Virus record (IMG/VR): IMGVR_UViG_3300042539_001740
Origin: a virus
Taxonomy: Duplodnaviria > Caudoviricetes
Reading direction: 5' to 3' (one strand)
Length of the DNA stretch: 64,000 bases
Shown here in pieces: positions 9,301 through 19,000 of the stretch; the stretch's first letter is position 1, and the number at the start of each line of letters is the position of its first letter. The notes below the pieces were generated by a model. That model was not told the origin of the DNA, made no database searches, and was given only the letters and a program-made list of their open reading frames with translations. The translations under genes and the position numbers were made by a program.

Positions 9301-9959
9301 AAGAAGCTGTTGATAACTTAGAAACTGCGGGTATAGATTCTAACTACACGGCAACTTACTATCCTTGGGTATTAACAAGAGATACTGTTAACAATACACA
9401 AATCTATATACCACCAACTGCTGAGGTTTGTAGAAACTTAGCTTTAACTGATAATATTGCTTTCCCTTGGTTTGCTGCGGCAGGTTATACAAGAGGTATT
9501 GTTAACGCAATCAAAGCGAGAAGAAAACTTACACAAGAAGAAAGAGATACTCTATACAAAGGTAGAATTAATCCAATCGCAACTTTCTCTGATGTAGGAA
9601 CAGTTATTTGGGGTAACAAAACTATGCAAATTAGAGAATCTGCTCTTGATAGAATCAACGTAAGAAGATTGTTATTACAAGCAAGAAAACTTATATCTGC
9701 AGTTTCAGTTAGATTGTTGTTCGAACAAAATGACGAAAAAGTAAGACAAGATTTCTTAGATGCTGTCAATCCAATATTAGATGCTATCAGAAGAGATAGA
9801 GGTTTGTATGATTTCCGTGTAACGGTTTCTTCAGACCCTGCAGATTTGGATAGAAACCAATTGACAGGTAAAATATATATTAAACCAACTCGTTCGTTAG
9901 AATTTATAGATATTACTTTCTATATCACCCCAACAGGTGCTTCGTTTGAGAATATTTAA
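6366..9959 (+). CDS. Contractile tail sheath protein (gp18-like) with a large Ser/Thr/Cys-rich insertion
   Basis: N-terminal FVSPGVYTSEVDLS and GETLKGPAFEP. C-terminal YYPWV, FPWFAAAG..RG, INPIATF..G..IWGNKT, SALDRINVRRLL and IKPTRSLEFIDITF are typical sheath motifs. Confidence 0.95.
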   Translation: MSNSKVFVSPGVYTSEVDLSFVSQSVGVTTLGIVGETLKGPAFEPIFITNFDEFTTYFGGTSPEKFINTQIPKYEAAYVAKAYLQQSNQLFVTRILGLSGYDAGPSWSISTVANVDQSTVGFDCSSASTVSCITQCVEFKVSSYTINFTGCTNSINSISYTTSIPALLSGDLYSTYELFNGSTSTIDSDIKNQLFNILNTPSTSATSINYFGTVSGGTIDTLLSGYTSQNNVFGVDNISSDLADYTAAVNDTWYYATFDNIGNGQYSGYSFYDYVNSLTLTSSLSNCASFYSYSVSSPTITTVTGAINYNTNVINVCLPSTATTADVTAMTINFSACTNPALSGITSGGVVQSATTVGYNFSSLTKSYTIVSDDLTATSAWTVNLLFTDPCGVCTTGNTGTIQTGTITNCYSGSITGNIYIYSGTAYTDYDDLVIATLRSRGIATYGTDNGAVYEVSGLTDVSMDCTGTYSAVTKNPYSTFALNVTNKDGDNFTFETSFTNSDPKYIAKVFGSSNFAKPRATTPLFVEERFQSLLNYGYRKGYIRGLNCDLIALPNARQEVDATSIAFYLERYQSPVSPWVVSELRGNKVFNLFRFTTIADGDAANTEVKISMANMSFNNGTFDVQIRDFFDSDSNPVVLEKFTNCSMNPNENNFIAKKIGTKDGEYALNSKFVMLEINEDAPIDALPCGFVGYNMREYAGAKSPFPIYKTKYDFPGEVVYNPPFGLASGADDALRSAGDNVRRTYLGISDTVGYDVDFFTYKGKRLPGSSICDATTGADWSYRTKGFHMDKDASGITIANSFTTSGTAEFYVGSGTFTSDPSDETNPYYRIFARKFSFLCSGGFDGWDIYRERRTNADNFILGRSGYLRGACPSFRYPTATGWGAFKTITVGNTTQDYANTDYYAYLLGQQTFQNPEAVNINVFVTTGIDYVNNSNLVEAAIEMIEFDRADSIYITTTPDYNMLVPTTGEQTDVIYPQEAVDNLETAGIDSNYTATYYPWVLTRDTVNNTQIYIPPTAEVCRNLALTDNIAFPWFAAAGYTRGIVNAIKARRKLTQEERDTLYKGRINPIATFSDVGTVIWGNKTMQIRESALDRINVRRLLLQARKLISAVSVRLLFEQNDEKVRQDFLDAVNPILDAIRRDRGLYDFRVTVSSDPADLDRNQLTGKIYIKPTRSLEFIDITFYITPTGASFENI

Positions 9960-9983
9960 TATATTTTAATACCACAAAAAATT

Positions 9984-10019
9984 AACCCTCCTTGATTTAA
10001 AGGAGGGTTTTTGTTTTTT
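9984..10019 (+). terminator. Rho-independent terminator after the sheath gene
   Basis: AACCCTCCTT-GATTTA-AAGGAGGGTT followed by a T-tract. Confidence 0.85.
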
Positions 10020-10033
10020 AATTAAATATCCTA

Positions 10034-10041
10034 TATTTATA
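10034..10041 (+). promoter_or_regulatory. TATTTATA box upstream of the homing-endonuclease-like gene
   Basis: TATTTATA at 10034-10041. Confidence 0.55.
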
Positions 10042-10080
10042 TGTAGATTGGTGTTTGTTACATTAAAAAATAATTTACCT

Positions 10081-11604
10081 ATGAAAATTGAATTAAAATG
10101 TATGAATTGTACGAATATGTTTGTTACAGATTATAAACATAGAGATAAAAAATTCTGTGATAGAACTTGTTATTTTGAGTATGCTAAAAAAAATAAGATA
10201 CTTGGTAAGGAGAAAGATGAAAGCGTGAGGGAAAACAGAACTTGTATCCAATGTGGTAATAGTTTTACAGAAAGAAAAAAACACGAAAGAAAACTTTGTT
10301 CCAATGAATGTAGAACAATTTGGAATAAAAAAGAGGTCAATAAAGAAAATAGAATTAACAAGTCGAAACAAGTGTTATATGAAAAGTATGGTGAGGATTC
10401 TTTATTCAAATTAGATGAGTTTAAAAAAAATAGAGATAAACTTTTCATAGAGAAGTATGGAGTTAAGAGTCCTATGTATTTACAAGAATTTGTGGATAAA
10501 TTAAAAAACACAATTAAAATAAAACATTTAGACAAACTACTCCCCAAATTAGATGAACAAAATTTGAAGTTATTAGATGATTATAAACAAAATAAAAATG
10601 GTAATACCTCACAATCTTATACTTTCGAGTGTACTAAATGTGAAAACATTTTTAGTAGTACATTATTAGGTAGTGGTAAAATACCAATCTGTAGAAAATG
10701 TTACCCAATTACCAAAAATTCCAACTTAGAACAAAAAATTAAAGATTTTTTAAATACGAATAATATAAAACATATTGATGCCGACAGAAAAATATTAAAT
10801 GGTAAAGAAATTGATATTTTTTTACCCGATTTCAATCTTGGAATTGAGGTAAATGGTAATTATTTTCATTCTGAAATAAGTGGAGAAAAGACAAAATTAT
10901 ATCATATTGACAAAACGATTCTTTCGAATGATAAAAATATTAATTTGATTCAATTCTATGAAGATGAAATTATGTTAAAAACAGATATCGTATTATCTAA
11001 GTTATCGAGTAAATTGAATTTAAATAGTAAAATTTATGGTAGAAAATGTAATGCTCAAGAAATCACAAAAAAACAATCTATGGAATTTTTGAATGAAAAT
11101 CATTTACAAGGTTATACTATTGATAAATTTAGATATGGTCTTTTTTTTGAAAATGAATTAGTATCTGTAATGACTTTTGGAAAAAAAAGAAAATCGTTAG
11201 GTAATAAAGATATCATTTCTGACGAATATGAATTAATCCGATTTAGTAATAAAAAGTTCACTACAATTGTTGGAGGATTCTCTAAATTGTTAAAATATTT
11301 TATCAATAACATCAATCCACATAAAATAGAAACTTTTGCAGATATCAGATGGTCGGGTATTAATCCAAACAACACAGTTTATCACAAAAATGGTTTTCAA
11401 TATACATCAAAAACACCACCAAATTATTGGTATATTAAAACTGATAAATATCTAAATAGACATCATAGATTTGTGTTTAGAAAGGATGTACTTGTTAAGG
11501 AGGGTTATGATAAAAATATGACAGAGTGGGAAATTATGAAACTAAAAGGTTATGATAGAATTTGGGATTGTGGTTCGTTAAAATTTGAGCTATCATTACG
11601 ATAA
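10081..11604 (+). CDS. Free-standing homing-endonuclease-like protein (Hef-like): Zn-finger repeats, EKYG repeats, DUF559/Vsr-like nuclease and GNAT-like C-terminus
   Basis: Two CxxC...CxxxC repeats, EKYG twice, a CxxC..CxxC ribbon, KEIDIFLPDFNLGIEVNGNYFHS nuclease motif, C-terminal ELIRF..GGFSKL..FAD.RWS..RIWDCG. First ATG is 10081; the track start at 10048 is TTG. Confidence 0.7.
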   Translation: MKIELKCMNCTNMFVTDYKHRDKKFCDRTCYFEYAKKNKILGKEKDESVRENRTCIQCGNSFTERKKHERKLCSNECRTIWNKKEVNKENRINKSKQVLYEKYGEDSLFKLDEFKKNRDKLFIEKYGVKSPMYLQEFVDKLKNTIKIKHLDKLLPKLDEQNLKLLDDYKQNKNGNTSQSYTFECTKCENIFSSTLLGSGKIPICRKCYPITKNSNLEQKIKDFLNTNNIKHIDADRKILNGKEIDIFLPDFNLGIEVNGNYFHSEISGEKTKLYHIDKTILSNDKNINLIQFYEDEIMLKTDIVLSKLSSKLNLNSKIYGRKCNAQEITKKQSMEFLNENHLQGYTIDKFRYGLFFENELVSVMTFGKKRKSLGNKDIISDEYELIRFSNKKFTTIVGGFSKLLKYFINNINPHKIETFADIRWSGINPNNTVYHKNGFQYTSKTPPNYWYIKTDKYLNRHHRFVFRKDVLVKEGYDKNMTEWEIMKLKGYDRIWDCGSLKFELSLR

Positions 11605-11612
11605 ATTGAACA

Positions 11613-11644
11613 AAAGGAAGATAATAAACCATCTTCCTTTTTTT
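11613..11644 (+). terminator. Rho-independent terminator
   Basis: AAAGGAAGAT-AATAAACC-ATCTTCCTTT followed by TTTT. Confidence 0.75.
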
Positions 11645-11654
11645 AATTAAGACA

Positions 11655-11661
11655 TATTTAT
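11655..11661 (+). promoter_or_regulatory. TATTTAT box
   Basis: 4 nt upstream of ATG 11666. Confidence 0.55.
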
Positions 11662-11665
11662 TAGT

Positions 11666-12547
11666 ATGAGAAATACAATTATTAAATTACTTAGAGAATT
11701 TGAAGAAAGAGAAATCCCAATGAAGTATTATGCTTTTGATTGGGATGATAACTTAATGTATATGCCAACAAAAATCTACTTATTAGATGATGATGGAGAA
11801 GAAGTTGGTATGGGAACTGAGGATTTTGCTGAATATAGAACTCAGATAGGAAAAGAACCTTTTGAATATGAGGGTTTTACTATCGTAAATTTTGCACCAG
11901 ACCCATTCAGAGATTTTAGAGTTACTGGGGATGGTAAATTCTTAAAGGATGTAATGAGTGCTGAATTAGCTAATGATGCTGCATGGCCTGATTTTGTAGA
12001 AGCAATTAATAATGGTTCGTTGTTTGCAATTATTACTGCAAGAGGACATAGACCATCAACACTAATGATGGGGGTTAAAAAACTTATAGATTCAAATAGA
12101 GGTGGAATTGATTCTGATTCTCTATATGATTCATTAAAAGAAATGAGAATTAACTCTGGTGAAAATCCAGCTGATAAAGAAACTGAAATAATGAAGTACC
12201 TAAAAATGAATAGGTATTATCCTGTTTCTTATGGGGAAGGGTCAGCAACAAATCCTGAAGTAGCTAAAATTACAACAATGAATAGATTCAAACAATATGT
12301 TCAAGGTCAAGCTGAAAAATTAAACTTAAGATTATCTAAAAAAATAGAAAACGAAATAAGAAATAAATTTGTTCCTATGATAGGATTTTCTGATGATGAC
12401 CCGAGAAATATTAAGGCTATGAGTAAGGGGGTAAAAGATGTTAAAATATTTTCAACACACGGAGGTATTAAAAAGGAATACAAACCAGATGAAGAAGAAT
12501 TACAACTAGAAACTAGAATAAAAAGAATATTATATAAATTAATATAA
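11666..12547 (+). CDS. HAD-superfamily phosphohydrolase-like protein
   Basis: Motif I AFDWDDN, motif II IITARGH, motif IV GFSDDD. Confidence 0.7.
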   Translation: MRNTIIKLLREFEEREIPMKYYAFDWDDNLMYMPTKIYLLDDDGEEVGMGTEDFAEYRTQIGKEPFEYEGFTIVNFAPDPFRDFRVTGDGKFLKDVMSAELANDAAWPDFVEAINNGSLFAIITARGHRPSTLMMGVKKLIDSNRGGIDSDSLYDSLKEMRINSGENPADKETEIMKYLKMNRYYPVSYGEGSATNPEVAKITTMNRFKQYVQGQAEKLNLRLSKKIENEIRNKFVPMIGFSDDDPRNIKAMSKGVKDVKIFSTHGGIKKEYKPDEEELQLETRIKRILYKLI

Positions 12548-12632
12548 AATATTATATTAATAATATTTAACTAGTTCTAGTATAATAATACTTTTTTTAT
12601 TTTATAAAGTCAATAGAAAAAAAATAATAAGA

Positions 12633-12640
12633 TATTTATA
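12633..12640 (+). promoter_or_regulatory. TATTTATA box upstream of the tail tube gene
   Basis: TATTTATA at 12633-12640. Confidence 0.6.
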
Positions 12641-12679
12641 TTTAAAATAAAAAAGAATAAAAATTTAAACTGAAATACG

Positions 12680-13168
12680 ATGGCTGATTTATTGATGAAA
12701 ATGCCCATACCTTATGAACCTAAAAGACAGAATAGGTTTATTATGAGATTTCCTTCTTCTTTAGGTATTAATGAATGGTTCGTGGAATCAACATCTAGAC
12801 CAAAAGTTAAGATAAACTCGGTTGAAATCCCATTTTTAAACACTTCAACATATGTTGCAGGTAGATTTAACTGGGAAGAAATTTCTGTTACTTTTAGAGA
12901 CCCTATCGGTCCATCTGCAGCACAAGCACTTATGGAATGGGTTCGTCTTCATGCTGAATCTGTAACAGGTCGTATGGGGTATGCTGCGGGATATAAGAAA
13001 AATGTTGATTTGGAGATGTTAGACCCAACTGGTGTAGTTGTTGAAAAATGGATACTTGAGGGTTGTTTTTTAACTAACGTTGATTTTCAAGGACTATCAT
13101 ATAGTGATGACAAAATAGCAACAATCCAAGCAAACCTTAGAATGGATAGATGTATATTAGTATACTAA
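12680..13168 (+). CDS. Tail tube protein (gp19-like)
   Basis: 162 aa. EPKRQNRF, VAGRFNWEEISVTFRD, EKWILEGCF and L.Y....IATI...L..D are characteristic of gp19-like tubes. Confidence 0.9.
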   Translation: MADLLMKMPIPYEPKRQNRFIMRFPSSLGINEWFVESTSRPKVKINSVEIPFLNTSTYVAGRFNWEEISVTFRDPIGPSAAQALMEWVRLHAESVTGRMGYAAGYKKNVDLEMLDPTGVVVEKWILEGCFLTNVDFQGLSYSDDKIATIQANLRMDRCILVY

Positions 13169-13221
13169 AAAAAAGTATTTAATTTTTTTATTATTAGTTT
13201 ATTTTAATAATAAAAAAAACA

Positions 13222-13980
13222 ATGGATGCTAATATATTAAAAGCCGGTACTGAAAATTTTAATTTACCACACGATGTAGTTCCTTTACCATCGGGTGGTA
13301 TTTTTTATAAGAACAAAAAGAAATCTGTAAAAGTTGGTTACCTTACAGCTAATGATGAAAACATAATTTTAGGGGGAATTTCTAATCCTAATGTAAATGT
13401 TGTTACTACTTTAATACGAAGTAAACTTTACGAAACAGATATCAGACCCGAAGAACTTTTAGAGGGTGATGTTGAAGCAATTCTAATTTATTTGAGAAAT
13501 ACATCTTTCGGTCCTGAATACACACTCACATTGACTGACCCATTAACAAACAAACCATTCGAAGCTACAATAGTTTTGGATGAATTAAATATTGTTAAAC
13601 CAAATTCAACACCTGATGAAAACGGACATTACAATGTAAAATTACCACGTAGTGAAGCGAATGTAAAACTTAAACCACTGACTTATGGTGAAATCATTGA
13701 AATAGATAAAATGGTTGAAAGTTATCCTACTAATATGACACCTCCAAGAGTTACTTGGAAATTAATGAAACATATTGTTGAAATTAATGGTGAGACAGAT
13801 AGAGAAAAAATTTCACAAATGGTAAATAATCTTCCAATTATGGATTCAAAATTTATTAAAAAATTCATAAAAGAAAATGAACCATCTTTGGATTTAAAAA
13901 GAGTTGTTAGAGCACCATCAGGTGAACAGGTGAATTTGGAGGTCACCTTTGGTGTTGAATTTTTTCGCCCTTTCTTCTAA
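13222..13980 (+). CDS. Tail assembly chaperone / baseplate hub assembly protein (T4 gp26/gp51-like)
   Basis: Lies between tube and tape measure. Motifs LPSGG..Y, YLTANDENII, DVEAILIYLRNTSFG.EY. Ends GVEFFRPFF. Confidence 0.7.
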   Translation: MDANILKAGTENFNLPHDVVPLPSGGIFYKNKKKSVKVGYLTANDENIILGGISNPNVNVVTTLIRSKLYETDIRPEELLEGDVEAILIYLRNTSFGPEYTLTLTDPLTNKPFEATIVLDELNIVKPNSTPDENGHYNVKLPRSEANVKLKPLTYGEIIEIDKMVESYPTNMTPPRVTWKLMKHIVEINGETDREKISQMVNNLPIMDSKFIKKFIKENEPSLDLKRVVRAPSGEQVNLEVTFGVEFFRPFF

Positions 13981-14122
13981 GTATAGAGAAGTATTATTAG
14001 ATGAGTATTTTTTATTGGGTAAATTTCTTCATACATCATATACCGATTTTTTAAATTTACCAACATACTCAAGAAAATATTTAGTCAATAAAATTATAGA
14101 ATACCACACATCTGAAAAATAA
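13961..14122 (+). CDS. ATG-less +1-frame extension of the chaperone (FFALSSKYREVLLDEYFLLGKFLHTSYTDFLNLPTYSRKYLVNKIIEYHTSEK), probable programmed frameshift product
   Basis: The +1 frame is open from 13934 to TAA 14120-14122 and contains no ATG. It overlaps GAA TTT TTT CGC at 13957-13968 and lies in the canonical G/GT position before the tape measure gene. Confidence 0.65.
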   Translation, partial: FFALSSKYREVLLDEYFLLGKFLHTSYTDFLNLPTYSRKYLVNKIIEYHTSEK

Positions 14123-14148
14123 AAAAAGGTGTGTGGTATTTATTTATA
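14100..14148 (+). promoter_or_regulatory. 11-bp hairpin (AATACCACACA / TGTGTGGTATT) overlapping TATTTAT(TTATA) boxes upstream of the tape measure gene
   Basis: Arms at 14100-14110 and 14130-14140; boxes at 14137-14143 and 14141-14148. Confidence 0.55.
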
Positions 14149-14161
14149 AAACAATTTAAAT

Positions 14162-15973
14162 ATGGGTGGAGACGATGGTAAATCACTCTTAAGTGGTATA
14201 GAAAAACAATTTCAGGAAATTGGAGAAAACTTTGGTGACGCTGTATTATCAAATGTAAAACCTGCTAGTTTAAAAAAAGTTTTTGATGAAGTAGAGGGTG
14301 CTGCAATTGGTGTCGCAAAATCTTTTGGTGTTGGTAGAACTAATATATTGAGCATAAAAGCAGCAATGACAGATGTTGTTGGTGATGTTAAAGAATTGGG
14401 TGGAAAATTTTCTGATATATCAGCTATTCAAACATCAATATCCTCTGATTTGGGTAGGAATGTCATATTAAATAATCAAGCGTATAAAGGATTAATAGCA
14501 ACAGCTAAGGTTACTGGTTTGGAAGTTGATGATATGGCAAAAAAATTCAAAGATGTTGGTGTTTCATATATGGGTGTACAAGACCAAATGCAGAAAGTAG
14601 TTGACATCTCAAGAAAAATGGGAGTTAATGCTCAAGGTGTTTCAGATGAGGTAGCAAAAAATTTAACTAAACTTAATACATTTAATTTTAAAGGTGGTAT
14701 AGAAGGGTTAACTAAAATGGTAGCTCAGGCTAAAGTTTTAAGAATAAATATGGAAGAAGTTTTTACATTATCCGAAAGTTTATTCGAACCTGACAAAGCT
14801 ATAGAAATGTCGGCGGCATTACAAAGATTAGGTGTTACACAATCTGAATTATTAGACCCACTTCGATTGATGGATATGGCACAGAATGACCCTGGTGAAT
14901 TGATGAATCAAATGTCCAAAATGTCAGAAAAATTTGTTCAGCTTAATAAAGATGGTCGTTTCGAAATTATGCCTGGTGCAAAAAGACAACTAAGAGAGAT
15001 TGCCAAAGAAATGGGAATGAGTTATGATGAATTAGCAAAAATGGCAACTGGCTCAAAAGAACTCGATATGAAATTGAGTAAAATTAAATTTCCTGCAACA
15101 TTTACTGAAGAACAAAGAAACTTCATAGCTAATTTATCAGAAATAGGTCCTGGTGGTGAAATGACTTTAACCGTTGATGGTACTCAAATGGGAATAGATA
15201 AAGCTATGGAAACTTTTGCTAAAGACAAAGATGCTTTAGACAAATTTATGAAAGACCAAGAACCTAAAACGATGGAAGAGTTGGCAAAAGAACAACTTAC
15301 TGTCCAAGAAAACCAAGAAATATTGTTGGCTATGATTGCTGACACTATGGGTTATGGTTTAGCAGCATCCAAAGGTGGTGAAAGATTAAGTAGGGCTGAG
15401 ATAGAAATTTATAAAAATGGTATCGAAGTATTAAAGAGAACAACTAAGGATAAAGAAGGTAAAGAAAAAACAGAAACATTTTCAGAAAAGGGAATTAGAC
15501 AAGGTATTGGAACTCAGTCAGATGATTTGATTAAAAGTTTATTCAAAGGTGATTTCAAAGGAGCTGGTGAGGCTGGCAGTAATATGGCCAACGAGTTTTA
15601 CAATATGTTTAAGGAAAAAATGGAAAAAGCTAGTGTTGTGTATAAAGAATCTAAAGTTGGAAGTATTTTGACTGGTGAGGATGAAAAAACTAAAACTCAA
15701 GTAGCAACTACCACAACACCGAAAACAACTGAAATGAGTTATTTGGATAAATTACAAAAACAAGTACAAGCACCAACAACTCAAAACTTAAATTATAGTG
15801 GTAATTTAAATGTAACTTTTTCAGCCCCACCTGGTGTAAATACCACTGAGGTCGAAAGAGTGTTGAATGAACTTATGAAAAAACCTGAGTTTATTCAAAT
15901 GATTGCTCAAATGGCCAAAGACCCAACAGGTAAACAAACTCCATCACAACAAAATATGAATTTTGGTAGATGA
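14162..15973 (+). CDS. Tape measure protein
   Basis: 603 aa, Ala/Gly/Lys-rich and predicted helical, located directly after tube and chaperone. Confidence 0.7.
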   Translation: MGGDDGKSLLSGIEKQFQEIGENFGDAVLSNVKPASLKKVFDEVEGAAIGVAKSFGVGRTNILSIKAAMTDVVGDVKELGGKFSDISAIQTSISSDLGRNVILNNQAYKGLIATAKVTGLEVDDMAKKFKDVGVSYMGVQDQMQKVVDISRKMGVNAQGVSDEVAKNLTKLNTFNFKGGIEGLTKMVAQAKVLRINMEEVFTLSESLFEPDKAIEMSAALQRLGVTQSELLDPLRLMDMAQNDPGELMNQMSKMSEKFVQLNKDGRFEIMPGAKRQLREIAKEMGMSYDELAKMATGSKELDMKLSKIKFPATFTEEQRNFIANLSEIGPGGEMTLTVDGTQMGIDKAMETFAKDKDALDKFMKDQEPKTMEELAKEQLTVQENQEILLAMIADTMGYGLAASKGGERLSRAEIEIYKNGIEVLKRTTKDKEGKEKTETFSEKGIRQGIGTQSDDLIKSLFKGDFKGAGEAGSNMANEFYNMFKEKMEKASVVYKESKVGSILTGEDEKTKTQVATTTTPKTTEMSYLDKLQKQVQAPTTQNLNYSGNLNVTFSAPPGVNTTEVERVLNELMKKPEFIQMIAQMAKDPTGKQTPSQQNMNFGR

Positions 15974-15990
15974 TAAAAAAAAAATTCATC

Positions 15991-15997
15991 TATTTAT
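15991..15997 (+). promoter_or_regulatory. TATTTAT box overlapped by hairpin TAGATGA/TCATCTA
   Basis: Box at 15991-15997; hairpin arms at 15967-15973 and 15986-15992. Confidence 0.55.
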
Positions 15998-16011
15998 TTT
16001 AAAATAAGATT

Positions 16012-19000
16012 ATGTCCGAAAGTTCATTATCGTTTGCATCAACATCAAGTTTTAGAAATAGTTTACTGAATAGGAATTTACCCCCCTATGCAGTGACTGG
16101 TGTTTATACAGCACCTGTTGGTACTAGAACATATGAAACAAGTTTAAGTGATTACAATGTTATTAATTCACCTGATGATTTAATCTCACAGAATCCATTT
16201 GTAAGACAACTTTATCCGTTGAATGAGTATGGACCTGAAGGTGGATATAATTATACAATCACATACAATAACCCACCAATAATTAATAGTTCTAATCAAG
16301 GTGAATATAGTCCAAACGACACAGTACTAGATTTAGTTAATGAATTTTTTATTGACGCAGCATATATCGAAAACAGATATGGTCCTGTGGGAGGATTCAA
16401 TGATATGGTTATTATTGATAACATACAAAACAATAATAAGTTATATACACCATATTGGAATCCCCCAACTTTTGTACCCTCTTCCTATAGTCCATATCAG
16501 ATTCTAATTTCTCCTGACCCCGCTGGTGATAGTGGATTATTATCACAAGATTCATATTTAGCTAAGCTTGGGGCTCAAACTTTAAAAAAACTTTTTCAGG
16601 ACAGAGTTGATGCTGATACAAGAAGAAATACACAAGGCACTTTGACTCTTGATACAACAAGTGACCCTTTTGATATTTCTTTAATTATTGCGGGTAAAGA
16701 ACCCTTGAGGTCTAAAAATTGGACTATTACAGTACCAACAACACCAACTAATGAATCACCATTTATACAAAGTTTGGGGGGTGCATATTTTCCTGTATCA
16801 CCTATTGCTGGTGATTATTTTGACCCTGTACTTTTTAATGCTGGTTCATCCACACAAATATCATTAGCTCTTAACGTACCTAATTTAACAACTGGAGGTG
16901 GAGGTTTACCACTCACCTTAAATATTACAACGAATCCATCACAGAATTTCATTGATAACACTGGTACAGGTCAACAATCAGCTTTATTTGCTAATATTGA
17001 TTATAATAGATATAGAGCACAATATACAAGAACTTCACAATTTGCACAAACTGAAAGTACAATAAATCAAAATGGTACTTTGAATGGTGGTTACTATGTG
17101 GGTAGTAGAACATCTGAACCATCGACTATTACATCACCACCTTTACAAATACCTATTGACCCATTCGGAAGACAAGTACAAACACCGGTTTATGGACCTA
17201 GTGAGTTGGGTAGTTTATATGAAGGAAATATTGGTCGATTAAATTTTGGTTTGGCTGGTAAATCATCATCTGATGGTGGAGGTATTGATGGTCAATTTGT
17301 GTGGGTTTCACCTAAATATAAAAGTGATGCTGGTTTTAAAGCAACACCTGGTGGTGGTACTGGTTCACAAGATGAGGAATTTAATTTAATAAGTTCACAA
17401 TATACAAGTAACGAATCAACAAATTTACAATTCAAAGAAAGTTCTATTTTAGATGCAACTCAACGTCTTGTTAATTCGGCGGATTTAGTTAATGGTATTT
17501 CGAGATTAAAACACGTTGGAAATGCAATTAATCAAGTTAGTAAAGTTTTCAACGATGGATATAAAGAATTAACAAAAGGTTCAAGAGTTTTATCATATAG
17601 AGATAACACTACTGGTGCTGAAGCGGGTATTGAATATTGTAGGGTATTTGCAAAAGATACACCTTATTACACTTATGGTGATTTACAGAAATCAGATGGT
17701 ATTACTAAATCAGGTAGAAGATTTGACTATTCTGTATTGGACAACACTTATAATTTAAACATAGCACCACTCAAAAATCCTGGTTCAACAAATCTACAAC
17801 CAAATGCAAAAGGTCAAGTTGTTGCTAAAAAATATATGTTCTCAATTGAAAATCTTGCTTGGAGAACATCAAGTAAACCTGGGTTTACATATGATGATTT
17901 ACCTGCATGTGAAAGAGGACCTAATGGTGGTAGAATTATGTGGTTCCCACCCTATGATTTAACATTTGAAGATAGTGCTGATGTATCCTTCGATGCAACA
18001 ACTTTTATTGGTAGACCTGAACCTATATATACTTACTCAAAATCAAGTAGAAGTGGTTCAGTAAATTGGAAAATCATAGTCGACCATCCTTCTGTTATGA
18101 ACACAATTGTTCAAAAACAACTTAAGGGTCAAACTAAAGAAAAAATTGATTCAATAGTTGATTCATTTTTTGCAGGTTGTGTAAAATTTGACATTTACGA
18201 ATTAGCTAAAAAATTTAATACAATACCATTGTCTGAATTATATACATACCAAGAGGTTATTAATAATCCAAGATTAACCAAAGAAGAACTTGGTCAAGTT
18301 ATAACAGAAATATCAAAAGAAAATGTACCACTTGGAGGACAAGATGGAGGAAATGTTACTCCACCTCAGGGTGTCAAAAAAACTACACCAGACCCAGCTA
18401 AACAAGCTTTTGTTGATGCCTATTTAGGTATAGGTTTTTATTTTGACAATGATATTCCATCATCTGGTGATATTCCATATAATAGTACTTATGATGGTTA
18501 TATTTCAAAAAAAGAAACTTATAAAACGAATGCTGAATCAGCTTTTGCTTCAGGTGGAACTTATTGTAAACAAAATGTTGAATTTTGTAATAGAGCCAAA
18601 AATGTCAACGAGTTTTTCGATTCTGTTGTAAAAACAAATTATGAAAAAGTTTCAAGTGGACAAAAGAATTTTATTACTGATGCCTTTGATTTATTGAATA
18701 ATAAAAAAGGAACTATTACTATAGAAATGGAGGGTGCTGCCTCAGCGACTGCGTCAGTTGATTACAATAAAAAATTGTCACAAAGAAGAATAGATTCAGT
18801 TGAAAGTTTCTTAAAATCTTTTAAAATCGGAGATGCTAATTTACAAAAATTTATTGATGATAAAAAACTAATAATTAAAGAAATTGCAAGTGGTGAACAA
18901 GCTAAAAGTGTTGTTCCCAAATCGGCAGATGGTACACCAGGTTTTGAAGTAAATTGTACTGAGGATATTAAAAGTACAACTGGTGCTATCACTTTTCAAT

